NCBI GenBank assembly: GCA_963840255.1
Contig: CAWIYB010000003.1
Coordinates: forward strand, 67,077-131,076
DNA: 64,000 nt
From: an uncultured Chloroflexia bacterium
GTDB taxonomy: Bacteria > Chloroflexota > Anaerolineae > Anaerolineales > UBA4823
Reading direction: 5' to 3'
A model generated the notes under the pieces. The model was given only the letters and a program-made list of their open reading frames with translations, did not search any database and was not told the DNA's origin. How positions within the stretch are numbered: the stretch's first letter is position 1; each line of letters starts with the position of its first letter. This document shows, in pieces, positions 29,374 to 39,288 of the stretch. A program made the translations under genes and the position numbers.

Positions 29374-29750
29374 GCAGCCTGAAAATTCAAAGTGAACGCT
29401 TGAAAAAGGTTCTCCCCTGGGTCTGTTTCGTCCTGGCATTGGCGGGAGGAATACTCGCCTGGTGGGTCGATTCGCGCAACGACGAACCCCAGGCAGCAGT
29501 TTTGGTGCTCCTGATGGTTACATTTGTGACCGGGTTTCTGCTACCACGGCGTGCCTGGTTATGGGCGGTGATTACCGGTCTATGCCTGCCTGCCGGGTAT
29601 CTGTTCACCCGAAGGTTGGGCTACCTTCCTGCCTCTCCGGTTGAACCAGGCTGGTACGCCTCAGCCATCGCACTCATCCCGGCATTCATCGGGGCATATA
29701 GCGGAGCCCTGGCAAGGGTCATTCTTAACATCGTAACGTCCAAAACCTGA
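29355..29750 (+). CDS. Small membrane protein (start uncertain)
   Basis: About 4 hydrophobic segments. Confidence 0.6.
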   Translation: MGKEGLSSLKIQSERLKKVLPWVCFVLALAGGILAWWVDSRNDEPQAAVLVLLMVTFVTGFLLPRRAWLWAVITGLCLPAGYLFTRRLGYLPASPVEPGWYASAIALIPAFIGAYSGALARVILNIVTSKT

Positions 29751-29876
29751 CTCCAAATTGGAAGATGTTATACTTCATGGCTGACCCAGTGAAATAGACT
29801 TTAATATAAATTTGACTGTTTCAAGCACTTAACACAACTGGTCAAGTCGACATTGGAGAAGACTTCGTAGAAAGAA

Positions 29877-30968
29877 GTGAATTATATGGAAATGCCTCAA
29901 TCAAACCCCAAACCCATGCTGCTTAAACCCACCCATCCGGTGGGGATCATCGGCTATGGCGCCTATGTGCCTCGCTACCGACTGCCTGCCAAAGAAGTGG
30001 CGCGTATTTGGACGGATGGCGCGGGTGGGCTGCCAATAAAGGAGAAAGCCGTCCCAGGGTTGGACGAAGACGTGGCAACCATGTCGATTGAAGCTGCCCG
30101 TAATGCCATGCTGCGCGCCGGCATCCATGCGCAGGATATCCGCGCCGTGTGGGTGGGCTCGGAATCGCACCCCTACGCGGTAAAACCCACCTCGACCATC
30201 GTCGCTGAGGCGATCGGGGCAGTGCCGTACGTGCAGGCGGCTGATTGGGAATTCGCCTGTAAAGCCGGCACGGAGGCCATGGTTGCGGCAATCGGTTTCG
30301 TCGGTTCAGGCATGGCGCATTATGCCATGGCGATTGGCATGGATACTGCCCAGGGGCGCCCGGGTGATGCTCTGGAATATACTGCTGGAGCAGGGGGGGC
30401 GGCTTACCTGTTGAGCCCGGCTGAAGAAGCCCTGGCAGTGTTCGAAGGGTCCTATTCTTACGTCACCGACACCCCTGATTTTTGGCGCCGTGAATACCAA
30501 AAATACCCGGAGCACGGTCAACGGTTCACTGGTGAGCCAGCCTACTTCAAACATATCATCGAAGCCGCCCAGGCGCTGATGGAAGGCACCAACACCACTG
30601 CCAAGGATTACAAGTGGGCAGTCTTCCACCAACCCAATGCCAAGTTCCCGCAGCGGGTGGCAGCCCAGCTAGGTTTCACCAAGGAACAGATCGCTCCCGG
30701 GCTGCTGGTTCCGGTGATCGGCAATACCTATGCCGGTGCGGCTTTAATCGGACTGACCGGCATCCTGGATATCGCTGAGCCAGGAGATACGATCCTCATG
30801 GTCTCCTTCGGCTCCGGCGCCGGCTCAGATGCCTTCGCCATCCGCGTTACCGAAGCTATTCGCGAAAAGCGTGACCGCGCTCCCAAGACGCAGGATTATA
30901 TTGCCCGGCGCACAGAGATTGATTACGGCACCTATGTGCGCTACCGCGGCAAACTGGCTATGAAATAA
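29877..30968 (+). CDS. HMG-CoA synthase, archaeal type (start may be a few codons downstream)
   Basis: [51 protein letters not shown]. Confidence 0.92.
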   Translation: MNYMEMPQSNPKPMLLKPTHPVGIIGYGAYVPRYRLPAKEVARIWTDGAGGLPIKEKAVPGLDEDVATMSIEAARNAMLRAGIHAQDIRAVWVGSESHPYAVKPTSTIVAEAIGAVPYVQAADWEFACKAGTEAMVAAIGFVGSGMAHYAMAIGMDTAQGRPGDALEYTAGAGGAAYLLSPAEEALAVFEGSYSYVTDTPDFWRREYQKYPEHGQRFTGEPAYFKHIIEAAQALMEGTNTTAKDYKWAVFHQPNAKFPQRVAAQLGFTKEQIAPGLLVPVIGNTYAGAALIGLTGILDIAEPGDTILMVSFGSGAGSDAFAIRVTEAIREKRDRAPKTQDYIARRTEIDYGTYVRYRGKLAMK

Positions 30969-30991
30969 ATCTATAAGGGGAATAACACACC

Positions 30992-32149
30992 ATGAGTGAA
31001 GTCGTCATCGCAGGCGTCGGTCAAACAGACGTCGGTGAACATTACAACATTTCCCTGCGCGACCTGGCATTGATGGCTTTGGAAGCCGCCATCCATGATG
31101 CAGGCGGCTTACGACCCGACATCCTGTTCGTCGGGAATATGATTGCCCCTTCAGCCTCACACCAGGCTCACCTGGGCGCGCTCATCTCCGATTATGGCAG
31201 CCTGGACGGCATCGAGGCCTCTACGATTGAGGCAGGTGGCGCTTCAGGTGGTGCAGCCTTGCGCATGGGTTATCTCTCCCTTAAATCGGGAGAAGCAAAA
31301 GTAGCCCTGGTGCTGGGGATCGAAAAAGTCACCGATCAGCTTGGCCCCGGTGCTGAGTCGATGCAGACCCTGAGTGAGGATAGTGATTATGAAGCCGTAC
31401 AAGGGCTCACCCCCAACGCTCAGGCAGCCCTGCTGATGCGCCGTTATATGCACGATTATGGGGTGAGCCATGATGCTTTTGCCCGCTTCCCCATCCTGGC
31501 GCATGCCAACGCCCTCACCAACCCCCATGCCATCTACCATAACCGGGTCTCGCTGGAAGCGTATCGAAACGCCGACCCGTTGAGTGACCCCCTGACTCTG
31601 TTCGATACCGCCCCGGTGGCAGACGGAGCTGCTGCGTTGATCCTGACCCTACCAGAGTATCTACCTCCTGGCTTTGCCACCTCACAGGTGCGCATCACCG
31701 GCTCCAGCCTGGTCACCGACCGCCTGGCGATCCACGACCGTCCCGACCCGTTAGCTTTCGATGCTGCCCGCCGTTCGGTCGAAAAAGCCTGCCGGCAGGC
31801 AGGTCTCTTACCGGCAGATGTAGACCTGTTCGAGCTGTATGACTCTTATTCCATTTACGCTGCCCTGGTTTTGGAAGCGGCAGGCTTTACCAACCGCGGT
31901 GAGGGCTGGAAGCTCGCCCAGGGGGGCAAGCTGGAAAGGGATGGTGAGCTGCCTATCGCCACTTTTGGTGGTCTCAAAGCGCGCGGCAACCCGGGTGGGG
32001 CTACCGGGGTATATCAAGCCGTGGAGGCAGCCCTCCAGCTGCGCGGTCAGGCGGGTGCGAACCAGGTCAAGGATGCCCGGCGGGCTCTGATCCAGTGCCT
32101 GGCAGGTCCGGCATCATCGGCGGTCACACATGTTTTGGAGGCTCCATGA
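30992..32149 (+). CDS. Thiolase-fold protein (archaeal/SCP2-type) with degenerate catalytic motifs
   Basis: DGAAA and GGLKARG.P.GATG retained; but EAGGASG, ELYDSY and GNP stand where CxS, HDCF and GHP are expected. Confidence 0.85.
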   Translation: MSEVVIAGVGQTDVGEHYNISLRDLALMALEAAIHDAGGLRPDILFVGNMIAPSASHQAHLGALISDYGSLDGIEASTIEAGGASGGAALRMGYLSLKSGEAKVALVLGIEKVTDQLGPGAESMQTLSEDSDYEAVQGLTPNAQAALLMRRYMHDYGVSHDAFARFPILAHANALTNPHAIYHNRVSLEAYRNADPLSDPLTLFDTAPVADGAAALILTLPEYLPPGFATSQVRITGSSLVTDRLAIHDRPDPLAFDAARRSVEKACRQAGLLPADVDLFELYDSYSIYAALVLEAAGFTNRGEGWKLAQGGKLERDGELPIATFGGLKARGNPGGATGVYQAVEAALQLRGQAGANQVKDARRALIQCLAGPASSAVTHVLEAP

Positions 32150-32250
32150 AAGTCGGTCTGGTGCTTATCATCGCTGAACGCAAAGAGCTGGGGCGCGCTT
32201 ACAGCTACCGTCACCTTTCAACCATGCAAGGTCTGAAAAAGGCAACCTGA
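32146..32250 (+). pseudogene. 34-codon ORF, possible N-terminal remnant of an LLM-class oxidoreductase gene
   Basis: ATGA overlap with the thiolase stop; MKVGLVLIIAERKELGRAYSYR. Confidence 0.35.
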
Positions 32251-32316
32251 TAGGAATTGATAGCGACCAATGGCTATAGTTAGCATCGAAAGCTATTAAA
32301 TAAGGAGATACTGACT

Positions 32317-32715
32317 ATGGAAATTCCTCGCCATTGGCGGTTGAAGAAGCAGCGTTATGCTCTGGTTGGAGAAGTATGCCCGCATTGTGATGCCAAGTTG
32401 TTCCCACCACGTGATATTTGCCCCAACTGTGGGCAGGAAGCCCGCAATGAATACCAGTTTAGTGGGAAAGGTGAGGTATTTTCGTATACCACCATCTATG
32501 ACGCCCCAGCCGGGTATGAATCCAACGTGCCTTACACCGTGGCACTGGTGAAGTTGCAAGAGGGTCCGATGATCACCGCCCAGCTGACCGATTTGGGCAG
32601 CCAGAAGGTTGAAATTGGTATGCCGGTTGAAATGGTCACCCGCAAGCTGCGCTCAGATGGTGACGAACGGGGGATCATCGTATACGGATATAAATTTAGA
32701 CCACTGCTGCAATAA
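32317..32715 (+). CDS. DUF35 Zn-ribbon OB-fold protein
   Basis: CPHC..FPPR..CPNC, G.GEVFSYT, YGYKFRP. Confidence 0.92.
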   Translation: MEIPRHWRLKKQRYALVGEVCPHCDAKLFPPRDICPNCGQEARNEYQFSGKGEVFSYTTIYDAPAGYESNVPYTVALVKLQEGPMITAQLTDLGSQKVEIGMPVEMVTRKLRSDGDERGIIVYGYKFRPLLQ

Positions 32716-32735
32716 GATTATTTTTATGAAACTTC

Positions 32736-32768
32736 AAGCGCTCTCCACATGGAGGGCGTTTTTGTTTT
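32736..32768 (+). terminator. Intrinsic terminator
   Basis: CGCTCTCCA-CA-TGGAGGGCG followed by a T-tract. Confidence 0.7.
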
Positions 32769-32916
32769 AATCTACCGTCTTATGATTCCTTTGCATCTAG
32801 TAGATTAAGAAAATTACCTCAAAAAGTCAGTTTACTGCTGAGACTACTGAGAATGAGATTTGTGTATGAAGACCTTCGCTTCTCCTCGCCTGGTCACATA
32901 TGTTGTGCGTACCGCT

Positions 32917-33538
32917 TCATGGGTTCACCCAAAATTCAAAATCATCAACCAGTAAGGTACTAAGAATGGATGAATTTGTCGTCACCTGGATGACGAGATT
33001 TACAGATTGTCCAGCATAGGCGCGTAAATCATATGCTTTCCGATGCCAATCAGAATTATATGTCTGACATAGTGGAAAATTATCAATCACATTGTTATTG
33101 ACAGTAATTTTGTACGCATCATTTCCACAAACCGTTTCAAAGGAGGTGATCGACCGCCAAAATGACAGGTATGGATGATCTGCGGGGACAACGACCGTTT
33201 GATCAATCGAGTCGATAGCATTGTTCGTGCTGCCCAACTGCGCATACCAGTTGCCATTATGGGCAATATCGCTATTTTGGAGGATGATTACATGTCCTAG
33301 ATTTGAAGACTCGCGCCAGGAAACGTGACCTTGTTCAAAACCTCCATTCGGAACTGCAACGGGGTTTGGATTTGGGGTTGGTGTGGGAGTCGGCGTCGAG
33401 GTTGGGGTTGGCGTGGGTGTATTCGGCGCTCTATCCACAATGGGTAAATATGATCGTATTGGCTGCTGCCAGGCTTACTCCAACAACCAGACTGCCAAGT
33501 AATAAAACTATGAGTAAAGGTAAAGTAAATTTCTTCAT
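32917..33538 (-). pseudogene. Frameshifted secreted protein: signal peptide, YLPIV motif, (PT)n linker, carbohydrate-binding-like domain
   Basis: RBS AAGGAG, ATG at 33538, MKKFTLPLLIVLLLGSLVVGVSLAAANTI; frame shifts near 33450 into YLPIVDRAPNTPTPTP...NGGFE. Confidence 0.7.
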
Positions 33539-33860
33539 TTTATTCTCCTTCTCTCACCCATTGGCTGATTAATTATCATTATACCGAAATTCCACTATCA
33601 TTTTACATCAATCGAGGCGTCCGGAAAGTTGTATCTCCTGGACAACTTCTGACCATCAAATATGATACATGTTCTGGTGGTGTCGAACGACGAAATGGTA
33701 CGATTTACCCTTTCCTGCGCACAGTCTCAACTCTCTTTGAGTGAGATTTCGAATTGGTTAAGGCAATTCAGTGTAAAAGTGTAAAAATGGAATATAATCA
33801 GATCGTATTTGGACAATTTAGATAATATATTAATGATTAACAATGAAAGGATGGTGGGAA

Positions 33861-34223
33861 ATGTTGAACCTTAATTCAGTTATGATTGGAACAAAACAAA
33901 CCAAAGCCCTGGCAGCCTTCTATGAAAAGGTGCTAGGAAAGCCACCGGAAATGACCGACCCCGAGAATGGATTCTTTGGTTGGCAGGTGGGAGCCAGCTA
34001 CTTTGGTGTGCTGGAACATTCTGAGATGGGTGGAAACACGAAAGACCCGGGCAGAATTTTGCTGAACTTCGAGACGAGCGAGGTAAAGCAGGAATTTGAA
34101 CGGATCAAATCACTGGGAGGGGTTGTCATACAGGCGCCATACCAGATGGGTGGTGGATGGATTGCCACCCTGGCTGACCCTGATGGCAACTACTTTCAGC
34201 TGATGAGCCCGATGGAGATGTAA
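33861..34223 (+). CDS. VOC/glyoxalase family protein
   Basis: AFYEKVLG, LADPDGN. Confidence 0.88.
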   Translation: MLNLNSVMIGTKQTKALAAFYEKVLGKPPEMTDPENGFFGWQVGASYFGVLEHSEMGGNTKDPGRILLNFETSEVKQEFERIKSLGGVVIQAPYQMGGGWIATLADPDGNYFQLMSPMEM

Positions 34224-34264
34224 GTTCTGGGCGAAAACACATAAAGATGATCAAAAAAATCATG

Positions 34265-34291
34265 AGCGTCCTCCAGATGGAGGGCGCTTTT
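34265..34291 (+). terminator. Intrinsic terminator, near-copy of the 32736 hairpin
   Basis: AGCGTCCTCCA-GA-TGGAGGGCGCT followed by TTT. Confidence 0.7.
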
Positions 34292-34377
34292 AATTGTTTT
34301 GTGGCATAATCGCGATAGGATATACTATTCCAAAATAGCGAAATTCTACCTGAACATAAAATAGGTTCCACGAGAGA

Positions 34378-34608
34378 ATGCAGCAACTAATCTGTTCCCG
34401 CCTGGCTGAAATTGAAGCTACCGAGAATATCCGCATCGTATACGCATGCGAATCCGGCAGTCGTGCGTGGGGCTTTCCATCACAGGACAGTGATTACGAT
34501 GTGCGGTATATCTATATTCGTCCGATCGAATGGTATTTATCGATTGATGAGAAGATATTAGGTTCCAGTTTATTGCCCTTAAATCAACCCAAGGAGAAGC
34601 CCCCATGA
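34378..34608 (+). pseudogene. Truncated predicted nucleotidyltransferase (YcgL/RlaP-like)
   Basis: ESGSRAWGF.S.DSDYDVR motif; similarity ends after about 58 aa. Confidence 0.75.
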
Positions 34609-36572
34609 AAAAATCACCCCTTCTGATCCTCGTGTTTGGTATCCTCTTGCTATTTTTCATCCAGTCTGCCGGTACGCTGGTTGAATCGATCTACATCCTT
34701 GACTTGATGAACTCCAGGCTCGACGCAAAGGTACTGGGGGTATTGTTTTTCTTCGTGCCCTTGCTCTTCCTTCCATTTTTTAAGAAATTTGCTCGACCAC
34801 TGGTGTGGATCCTCTTCGGACTCCTGTTCATCTCCCGCGGGCTGATCCCGTATCTCAGCACCTCCAATCGCCTGTTAGCCTCCGGTATCGCCACTGCTGT
34901 CTGCCTCAGCCTGTTCTTTTTGCTCATCACCACCCGCTCGTCCGTCGGCAGGTGGGTTTCTGCCGGGCTGGCCTTGGCAGTGAGCTTGTCCACCCTGCTG
35001 CGGGCAGTGGGACATGGCATCGAATACTCCCTGACCCCTGCTGGCGCCTGGGTTGGGTGGGTGTTAGGGCTGGCACTCGGTGGCTCTCTGGCACTGTCAG
35101 ACCTTAAGGGCAAGGAAACCGCTCCGCAATACGGTGGAAATCCCACCTCTCCAATCCTCGGTATCTACCTCATCCTGACCCTGGTGTACTTTTCAGTTTC
35201 AGCGCCTGCCGTGATTGCCCGCTGGACTGAGGCCAATTACACCCTGATCGTTGGTGCAGTCAGCCTGCTGTCACTCCTTTGGGTCTGGGTATCCACCAGC
35301 CGGCCGCGTTTGCTTGACCGCATCTCATCCCGATTTCTGGTTGCCTGGAACCTGCTCTTTGCTGCCAGCCTCACCCTGACCTTGCTGGCTCAGCGTGTTT
35401 CATTCCCACCTGCGTTGGACTCGCCTCCCGTGGTGGTCGGTGAACCCAGCCTGCTGCAAATGGTCCTGCTGGCGTTGATGCTCCTGCTCTTCCCGGTGTT
35501 GTTTCTCGACCTGCAAGTCTTCATCCAAAAAATGCAGCTGTCCACCCAGCCGCCCCGCAGCCTGGCACCCGGTATCCTCCTGGGGAGCTTCTCTTTGGTC
35601 GTGTTGATCTTTATCAACATTTTTTCCAACGTGTGGGGCTATATCGAACCAATCAGCCCACCCTTCCGTAACACATTCTGGCTGGTCTATTTCCTACTTT
35701 CCGGTGGCATCACCCTGCTGGTGTGGCGCGCCCAAAGGGGCAAGCCAGCCTCCGAAGGAGAGCCTGCAGTATCTCACCCATGGGAGTGGGCAGTCGTGCT
35801 TGGCGTTATTTTCCTGGCAACGCTATTTTTTGCTAGGCCAATGACGCCGGTACAGGTAGACGCTGCCGGCAAGACCTCTCTGCGTGTGATGACCATGAAC
35901 ACCCAGCAATCCAATGATGAATTCGCTGAGAAATCCTTCGAGGCGCAGCTCGCCCTAATAAAACAGGTGTCCCCTGATATCCTCGCCCTACAGGAAACCG
36001 ACTCGACCCGCATTTCGCTCAATAATAATGATTACGTGCGCGCCTTCGCCGACGGGTTGGGTTATTATTCTTATTACGGTCCAAAGACCGTCGCCGGTTC
36101 TTATGGCACCGCCATTTTATCGAAATACCCTCTGCTGAACACCCACACAACTTTCATGTACAGTGACAAGGATGAGACCGGCGTTGCCGAAGCTGAAGTC
36201 GAAGTGGCCGGGAAGCGTTTTTCGATCTACGACGTCCATCCCGATAGCTCCGACCCAGCCATGCTGAGCTTTGCCCAATCCCTGCTGGCACGCGCGCAGG
36301 ATAAACCCTACGTGATCGTGATGGGCGATTTCAACCTTCGAGATTACGAGCAAGCCTACAAACTGGTTGACAGCGTTTACACCAATGCCTGGACAAGTGT
36401 CTACCCTTCTGAAATCAGCCCGGATGGAATAGATATGTCGGGTGATAACCGCATCGATCATATTTTTCTTTCGCCCAACTTGACCGCTCTCGACCCAACC
36501 TACATCTTGCCGCCTGAATCCGCCACCGATCACCCCGTGCACTGGGCGGATATTGTATGGGGATCGCCGTAA
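34605..36572 (+). CDS. Polytopic membrane protein with C-terminal endonuclease/exonuclease/phosphatase domain
   Basis: About 13 TM segments, then MTMN, LQE.D, GDFN, RIDHIF, TDH.P. Confidence 0.85.
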   Translation: MKKSPLLILVFGILLLFFIQSAGTLVESIYILDLMNSRLDAKVLGVLFFFVPLLFLPFFKKFARPLVWILFGLLFISRGLIPYLSTSNRLLASGIATAVCLSLFFLLITTRSSVGRWVSAGLALAVSLSTLLRAVGHGIEYSLTPAGAWVGWVLGLALGGSLALSDLKGKETAPQYGGNPTSPILGIYLILTLVYFSVSAPAVIARWTEANYTLIVGAVSLLSLLWVWVSTSRPRLLDRISSRFLVAWNLLFAASLTLTLLAQRVSFPPALDSPPVVVGEPSLLQMVLLALMLLLFPVLFLDLQVFIQKMQLSTQPPRSLAPGILLGSFSLVVLIFINIFSNVWGYIEPISPPFRNTFWLVYFLLSGGITLLVWRAQRGKPASEGEPAVSHPWEWAVVLGVIFLATLFFARPMTPVQVDAAGKTSLRVMTMNTQQSNDEFAEKSFEAQLALIKQVSPDILALQETDSTRISLNNNDYVRAFADGLGYYSYYGPKTVAGSYGTAILSKYPLLNTHTTFMYSDKDETGVAEAEVEVAGKRFSIYDVHPDSSDPAMLSFAQSLLARAQDKPYVIVMGDFNLRDYEQAYKLVDSVYTNAWTSVYPSEISPDGIDMSGDNRIDHIFLSPNLTALDPTYILPPESATDHPVHWADIVWGSP

Positions 36573-36688
36573 CCCTTTGGTAAGCCATACAGGTAATAGT
36601 ATCGAGATCAGGTAGCTCAGGATAGCTCATTATTCATCATTATGAGCACATGCAAGTGACATGATATGTTGATCAAGAACGATGTCCA

Positions 36689-36721
36689 TGCGCTCTCTAT
36701 AGAAGAGAGCGCACTTTTTTT
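36689..36721 (+). terminator. Intrinsic terminator
   Basis: TGCGCTCTCT-ATAGA-AGAGAGCGCA followed by T7. Confidence 0.75.
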
Positions 36722-36900
36722 ATCCCAAATAAGTGGATTGGTGGTTAGCCTGGGGTATTTAACTAACCTATATTCTTTTGATTATTGGACTATTACTACC
36801 TGTTTTGGGATATTTTTGATATAATGACCGGCGAGCGATAAATCGGGGTATTTCATTTCGACCCAGTTGTGTCATAAAAATGATTACGCAGGAGGAATGC

Positions 36901-37332
36901 ATGTCTGTACAAATTCAGTACTCTCAGGTGATAGATAAGCCAATAGCTGATGTGTTTCACTTTTACGCACATGATCATGTACGTAATCATCCACGGTGGG
37001 ACCCAGATATTGAGCTTTGGCTAGAATCAGACGGAATTATGGGTGTGGGGACGATTATCCACAGGCGTAACAGCCGCAGCGGTACACCCGTCGAAGGTAC
37101 GATGCAAGTGGTGGAATATGAACTAAACCGGGAGGTTGGAATGATTATCCACGATGGTTTAGTGATAACGCATGGGCGTGCTTTATTTGAGCCCTTAAGT
37201 GACGAACAAACCAGGATCACGACTATTATCGATATTCCCGGTATGGATGAGCCAATGGACAAGAGTTTTTTGATGAGCCGGTTGGAGCGAAGTGGGAAGA
37301 ATATGAAGCAGCTGATGGAATCGGAGATCTAG
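36901..37332 (+). CDS. SRPBCC / polyketide cyclase-like protein
   Basis: VIDKP..DVF, NHPRWDP; RBS GGAGG. Confidence 0.75.
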   Translation: MSVQIQYSQVIDKPIADVFHFYAHDHVRNHPRWDPDIELWLESDGIMGVGTIIHRRNSRSGTPVEGTMQVVEYELNREVGMIIHDGLVITHGRALFEPLSDEQTRITTIIDIPGMDEPMDKSFLMSRLERSGKNMKQLMESEI

Positions 37333-37340
37333 GAGTATTT

Positions 37341-37727
37341 ATGTCTGAGCCAATCGTATTTATTAGCCGCAATAAGGTGAAGGAAGGAATGCTGGACGAA
37401 TTTAAAATTCATTATCACAATAGCATTCCTCCGATAGAAGCGGGTAAACCTGGTACACTTGCCCAACTGGCATATTTCAATACAGATTCTTCCCAGGTGG
37501 ACATTGTGCGTCTTTTTCCCAATCCAGATGCTTTGGACCATCAATTGCAGGGAGCCGATGAGCGGTCCAAAATAACTTACAAGTATATTGAACCCACCAG
37601 TGTTGAAATCTATGGCACGCCAAGCGATTTTACGCTTGAGAGATTGAAGAAAATTGCAGGATCAGGAATCCAGGTTCGCATCAACCCTCAATTTGCTGGC
37701 GGTTTCATCCGTCCCGAGTCTGGATAG
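37341..37727 (+). CDS. Hypothetical protein (dimeric alpha/beta barrel, ABM-like)
   Basis: RBS AGGAG; VKEG.LDEF, EIYG.PS, GGF.R. Confidence 0.65.
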   Translation: MSEPIVFISRNKVKEGMLDEFKIHYHNSIPPIEAGKPGTLAQLAYFNTDSSQVDIVRLFPNPDALDHQLQGADERSKITYKYIEPTSVEIYGTPSDFTLERLKKIAGSGIQVRINPQFAGGFIRPESG

Positions 37728-37864
37728 CCTGATATCCAATTAAGTGATAGCAGGATTTTGCTGTTTCAAATGGGTCAATAAATCTCGAACCTTTTCGAAC
37801 AATCGGGGTAGCTTAACTCGGCTTTCCTTCACAAACCTCTCAGCTGGAAGAAAGGAAAGGCTAA

Positions 37865-38362
37865 ATGGACACAATATCCGTTATTCAATCGATTACCATC
37901 CTATTTTCTGAGGCTTACGCCGGACCCGTAAATCCTTCTTCCACCTGGTTCATCGATAACGAACCCGACTCTGGGATCCTGGGTCTGATTGCGGGAGTTA
38001 CTGCCTCCGAGGCATCCTGGTCTACCAACCGCAACCAGCCCGGCACGACCATCGCCGCCCACGTTGAGCACTTGCGCTGGAGCCTGGCAAATGCCAATGC
38101 TGCTCTGCAGGGCAAGCCATACCAGGGGAACTGGAGCGAAAGCTGGAACACGCTCGACGCAGACGATGAGAAATGGGTACGGCTGCGCAGCGACCTGCAG
38201 AAGGAGTTCGAGCTGCTGCTTGAAAATATTCGGAAGCAAAATGAACTCGCTGGAGATTACTTGACCGGCGTGATGGCATTGATTCCCCATGCCGCTTACC
38301 ACCTGGGAACCATCCGCCAGCAAATTGAGCGGGCGCGTCAGGATCCCCAAAAGGCATCGTAA
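37865..38362 (+). CDS. DinB-like protein
   Basis: TIAAHVEHL, HAAYHLG.IRQ. Confidence 0.8.
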   Translation: MDTISVIQSITILFSEAYAGPVNPSSTWFIDNEPDSGILGLIAGVTASEASWSTNRNQPGTTIAAHVEHLRWSLANANAALQGKPYQGNWSESWNTLDADDEKWVRLRSDLQKEFELLLENIRKQNELAGDYLTGVMALIPHAAYHLGTIRQQIERARQDPQKAS

Positions 38363-38385
38363 AATCAGCATGTAGATAAAAAATC

Positions 38386-38790
38386 ATGGAATCACACTCT
38401 CCCATCATCGAAATGCGCGTTGCTCTCACCACTAAAGATTATGAGCGCTTATTGCATTTCTATTGTGCCGGGCTCGGCCTTGAGCCTGACCAAATCTGGA
38501 ATAACGAGCAAGGCAAAGGGTTGATCCTTAATCTGGGGACGGCTACCATGGAGCTGTTTGACGAAGCGCAGGCTGAAACGATTGATCGAATCGAAGCAGG
38601 ACGACGCATCAGCGGCCAAATCCGCATCGCTCTTCAAGTGCCAGACTTGCAAGCAGCAACGGAAAGGTTGTTAGCTCACGGGGCAAGCCTGGTCCATGAG
38701 CCTGTCGTCACTCCGTGGGGCGATACCAATGCTCGCTTCCAGGACCCTGATGGTCTACAAATTACGTTGTTTCAGAAATCTGGAAGCTAA
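38386..38790 (+). CDS. VOC/glyoxalase family protein
   Basis: FY..GLGL, TPWG, QDPDG. Confidence 0.88.
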   Translation: MESHSPIIEMRVALTTKDYERLLHFYCAGLGLEPDQIWNNEQGKGLILNLGTATMELFDEAQAETIDRIEAGRRISGQIRIALQVPDLQAATERLLAHGASLVHEPVVTPWGDTNARFQDPDGLQITLFQKSGS

Positions 38791-38913
38791 GCAGGATCAT
38801 CCTTTTTCCCAAGCGTCCCGGACAAATCGGAATTTAATGATACTATATATGCCCGCCAATCTCCGCCCAAACGGTGGTGATCAAGGATCTGCGTAAATTG
38901 GTTCAGGATTGAG

Positions 38914-39261
38914 ATGGACGAAAAAACAGTCATTCTGTACCGCCCGACTGGACCTGAAGAAATGGATCTGGTGAAACAGACTGGTTTCACCCGCTGGCCG
39001 CCACGTCTGCCTGAGCAACCGATCTTCTATGCCGTCACCAATGAAGAGTATGCCGCGCAAATTGCTGCAAAGTGGAATGTCTCTGACAGTGGTGCAGGTT
39101 ATGTCACCCGCTTTTACGTCAGAAAATCCTTTATCGAACGCTATCCAGTCCACCAGGTAGGCGGTAGCGTCCATACCGATTGGTGGATCCCGGCATAGGA
39201 TCTGGTACAACTGAACGAAAATATCGTGGGTATAATCGAGTTAATTGGTAATTATCCGTAG
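38914..39261 (+). pseudogene. Small conserved protein (often labelled ADP-ribosylation/crystallin J1) interrupted by in-frame TAG
   Basis: LYRP.GPEE, WPPRLPEQPIFY, WIPA-*-DLVQLNENIVG.IE continues in frame to TAG at 39261. Confidence 0.7.
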
Positions 39262-39288
39262 TATCGCAACAAGATAATAAGGAAAAAG

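Noticed and set aside
33361-33421. GGGGTT/GGTGT-rich tandem-like DNA repeat
   Set aside because: Explained by codons of the Pro-Thr linker on the minus strand.
39196-39198. Pyrrolysine at the in-frame TAG
   Set aside because: The position appears to correspond to Glu (one base from GAG), the protein is not a methylamine methyltransferase, and no pyl genes are visible.
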